Program-made: the position numbers and the translations under genes | Shown: positions 26,790-29,188 of the stretch, piece after piece | How the letters are laid out: every line of letters begins with the position of its first letter | Position numbering within the stretch: the stretch's first letter is position 1 | Source of the DNA: an uncultured Enterobacteriaceae bacterium | GTDB lineage: Bacteria; Pseudomonadota; Gammaproteobacteria; Pseudomonadales; Pseudohongiellaceae | Reading direction: 5' to 3' | NCBI GenBank assembly: GCA_964553165.1 | Contig: CAZKJY010000001.1 | Coordinates: forward strand, 1 to 29,188 | Length of the DNA stretch: 29,188 nucleotides | The notes under the pieces: model-generated | What the model was told of the DNA's origin: nothing | Database searches by the model: none | What the model saw: the letters and a program-made list of their open reading frames with translations, nothing else

Positions 26790-28568
26790 ATGGCCGCTTT
26801 TATCCCACAAAATTTTATTGATGACCTGTTGGCAAGAACCGACATCGTGGATGTCATCGGAGCCAAAGTCACCCTGAAAAAAACCGGCAAGAACTATTCC
26901 GGCCTGTGCCCTTTCCATCAGGAAAAAACACCCTCCTTTTCAGTCGAGCCTGACAAGCAGTTCTATTACTGCTTTGGCTGTGGCAAGGGGGGCAATGCCA
27001 TTGGCTTCGTCATGGATTACGAGAATATCGACTATCCCCAGGCGATTGAAACGCTGGCCAGCAGCATGGGCCTGGAAATTCCACGGGAAGAGTCCAAAGC
27101 CCATCAACAGCAGCGCGAGCGTAATGCCGGTCTTTATGACATTCTGCAGGAAGCCTCGAATTTCTATCAGCAACAATTGCGTCAGCATCCAGCGCGCAGT
27201 GATGCGGTGGATTACCTCAAAAGGCGCGGCTTGAGCGGCGAGATCGCCCGCGATTTCAAACTGGGTTTTGCCCCACCCGGCTGGCAAAACCTGCTGGATC
27301 AGGTGGGCAATACCGAGGCCAGGCAGAAACTGCTGCTCAGCGCCGGCATGCTGATTGAGAATGAAGACAAAAAGCCAACGCGGATTTATGACCGCTTCCG
27401 GCACCGCATCATGTTTCCGATTCATGACCAACGCGGTCGGGTCATTGGTTTTGGTGGCCGGGTCATTGGCGATGAAAAACCCAAATACCTGAACTCACCG
27501 GAAACCCCGGTATTCCACAAAGGCGAGGAACTCTATGGCCTGTATCAGGCACGCCAGAAAGTTCGGCATCTGGAGCGCTTCCTGATTGTTGAAGGCTACA
27601 TGGATGTCATCGCCCTGGCCCAGCATGACATACACTACTCCGTGGCGACTCTCGGCACCGCGACCTCGGCAGCCCATCTGAAACGTTTGTTTAAACTGGT
27701 ACCGGAAATTGTGTTCTGCTTTGACGGAGATGAAGCCGGTAGCCAGGCTGCCTGGCGTGCCCTGAAAGAAACCATTCCGCTGATGGAAGATGGCCGCAGT
27801 GCTCGATTTCTGTTCCTGCCTGAAGGAGAGGATCCGGATTCCCAGGTCAGAAAAACCGGCAGCAAGGCCTTTGCCGACCGGATCAGCGAGGCCATGCCCC
27901 TGGCTGAATTCTTCTTTGAAAAGCTGACTGCACAGGTCGACATGAGCTCGCTGGAAGGCCGTGCCAAACTTGGCACCCTCGCCATGCCTCTGATCAAACA
28001 GTTTCCTGCCGGCATTCTGCGTCAGCTGATTCTCGATCAGCTGGCCAAAACAACCGGCGTCGACCTCAAGACCCTGAATCAGCTCGGCACTGACGTGCCT
28101 GCCGCGGACGAGCATCCGTACGCACCGGTAGCTGAGCCCAAAGCGGAGACATTGTCAGTACCGCCCCGGAAAGCTGTGAACCGCAGTCAACGCTCGGTCC
28201 ATCTGGCCTGCATGAAAGCAGTTAACCTGATTCTGCAAAAGCCGGATATCGTTTCCCGGGTTACCGTGGATGACAAGCTCAGGGAACTGGCCATGCCCGA
28301 CATGGACCTGCTGTTTGAAGTCGTCGCCCTGGCATCACACGCCCCGGGCATCTCCACCCATGAACTTCTGGCCAAGGTCTACGCCAAACCCATTGGTTCC
28401 CAGCTGATCCAGTTAATGGACAGGGAACAGATCACGCCACCGGCCGGCATTGAAAGGGAATTCAGGGACATCATTGCGTATCTGGAGCATTTCCTGACCC
28501 AGCGCCATCAATTGCCCAAATCGCTGGTGGAGGCGGCCAAGAGGAAGCTGTCACAAAAGGCAGAATAG
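26790..28568 (+). CDS. dnaG: DNA primase
   Basis: Zinc finger CPFH...CFGC, DRFRHRIMFPI, KYLNSPET and TOPRIM motifs VEGYMDV and CFDGDEAG. Confidence 0.97.
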   Translation: MAAFIPQNFIDDLLARTDIVDVIGAKVTLKKTGKNYSGLCPFHQEKTPSFSVEPDKQFYYCFGCGKGGNAIGFVMDYENIDYPQAIETLASSMGLEIPREESKAHQQQRERNAGLYDILQEASNFYQQQLRQHPARSDAVDYLKRRGLSGEIARDFKLGFAPPGWQNLLDQVGNTEARQKLLLSAGMLIENEDKKPTRIYDRFRHRIMFPIHDQRGRVIGFGGRVIGDEKPKYLNSPETPVFHKGEELYGLYQARQKVRHLERFLIVEGYMDVIALAQHDIHYSVATLGTATSAAHLKRLFKLVPEIVFCFDGDEAGSQAAWRALKETIPLMEDGRSARFLFLPEGEDPDSQVRKTGSKAFADRISEAMPLAEFFFEKLTAQVDMSSLEGRAKLGTLAMPLIKQFPAGILRQLILDQLAKTTGVDLKTLNQLGTDVPAADEHPYAPVAEPKAETLSVPPRKAVNRSQRSVHLACMKAVNLILQKPDIVSRVTVDDKLRELAMPDMDLLFEVVALASHAPGISTHELLAKVYAKPIGSQLIQLMDREQITPPAGIEREFRDIIAYLEHFLTQRHQLPKSLVEAAKRKLSQKAE

Positions 28569-28577
28569 GGACATTTC

Positions 28578-28605
28578 CTTGAAATTTCCTTGTTTTGCCC
28601 CTATC
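28578..28605 (+). promoter_or_regulatory. Putative sigma32 (RpoH) promoter upstream of rpoD
   Basis: CTTGAAA-N13-CCCCTATC is close to the RpoH consensus CTTGAAA-N13/14-CCCCATNT. Heat-shock promoters for rpoD are known in gammaproteobacteria. Confidence 0.65.
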
Positions 28606-28708
28606 TAGATATAAACCAGTAACTAGTATCAGGCAGATGGCTTGGTTATAATAAGCGGTTAGTCTTTGTTTCCTAACTCCTGACATTCTGCATAGGTAAA
28701 CATCTCAT

Positions 28709-29188
28709 ATGAGCGATATCGGTTCACAACAGTCAAGTCTTAAGGCGCTGATTGCAAAAGGAAAAGAACAATCCTACCTGACTTATGCCCAGGTAAATGA
28801 CCATTTGCCTGAATCCATCTCCGATCCTGATCAGGTGGAAGACATCATTCAGATGATTGATGACATGGGCATCAAGGTCTATGAAAGTGCGCCTGACGCC
28901 GATGAACTGCTGATGGTCGAGAATGATTCGACCGATGAGCTCGCTGCCGCAGAGGCCGCTGCCGCCCTGGCCGCCGTGGAAAATGAGGCCGGCCGTACCA
29001 CTGATCCGGTGCGCATGTACATGCGTGAAATGGGCACCGTTGAGCTGCTGACCCGTGAAGGCGAGATTGTCATTGCCAAACGGATTGAGGAAGGTCTGCG
29101 TGAACTCATGGCGGCCATGGCCTACTTCCCGGGCACTGTGGAATATGTCCTGAATGAATATGCGCTCTATGAAAAAGAAGAGCGCAAG
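28709..29188 (+). CDS. rpoD: RNA polymerase sigma-70 factor, 5' part only; runs off the window edge
   Basis: Hand translation gives MSDIGSQQSSLKALIAKGKEQSYLTYAQVNDHLP...GRTTDPVRMYMREMGTVELLTREGEIVIAKRIEEG (regions 1.1 and 1.2). Not in the ORF track. Confidence 0.97.
   Translation, partial: MSDIGSQQSSLKALIAKGKEQSYLTYAQVNDHLPESISDPDQVEDIIQMIDDMGIKVYESAPDADELLMVENDSTDELAAAEAAAALAAVENEAGRTTDPVRMYMREMGTVELLTREGEIVIAKRIEEGLRELMAAMAYFPGTVEYVLNEYALYEKEERK

Noticed and set aside
28380-28568. DnaG C-terminus looks atypical (no clear terminal helical hairpin of the DnaB-binding domain)
   Set aside because: This region is poorly conserved in general and the total length (592 aa) is normal. It cannot be judged without an alignment.

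Overview
This 29.2 kb window comes from a gammaproteobacterial chromosome. Gene order resembles Pseudomonadales or marine OM182/Pseudohongiella-like organisms, which is an inference from synteny only. A conserved housekeeping backbone (murU-amgK / lptD-surA-pdxA-rsmA-apaG-apaH-cca-folM / phhB, folK-folB-tsaD ... rpsU-yqeY-dnaG-rpoD) is interrupted between tsaD and rpsU by a ~13.3 kb accessory block (12535-25827). All 11 genes in that block have an apparent signal peptide or lipobox. They encode a LysM lytic transglycosylase, an endostatin-like protein, three divergent paralogues of an uncharacterised two-Cys secreted family, a metallo-beta-lactamase-fold protein that has lost its Zn1 ligands, a DUF6152-like protein predicted to start with His-His after signal cleavage, a 13-repeat Sel1 protein, two tandem TPR + TonB-C-like proteins and a lipoprotein amidohydrolase. 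The 14.4-21.1 kb part is the best candidate for an undescribed periplasmic system. The ORF track missed murU, rpsU and rpoD and truncated pdxA. pdxA and rpsU appear to use non-canonical start codons (ATT/ATA and CTG). I saw no tRNA, rRNA, CRISPR array, integrase or transposase.
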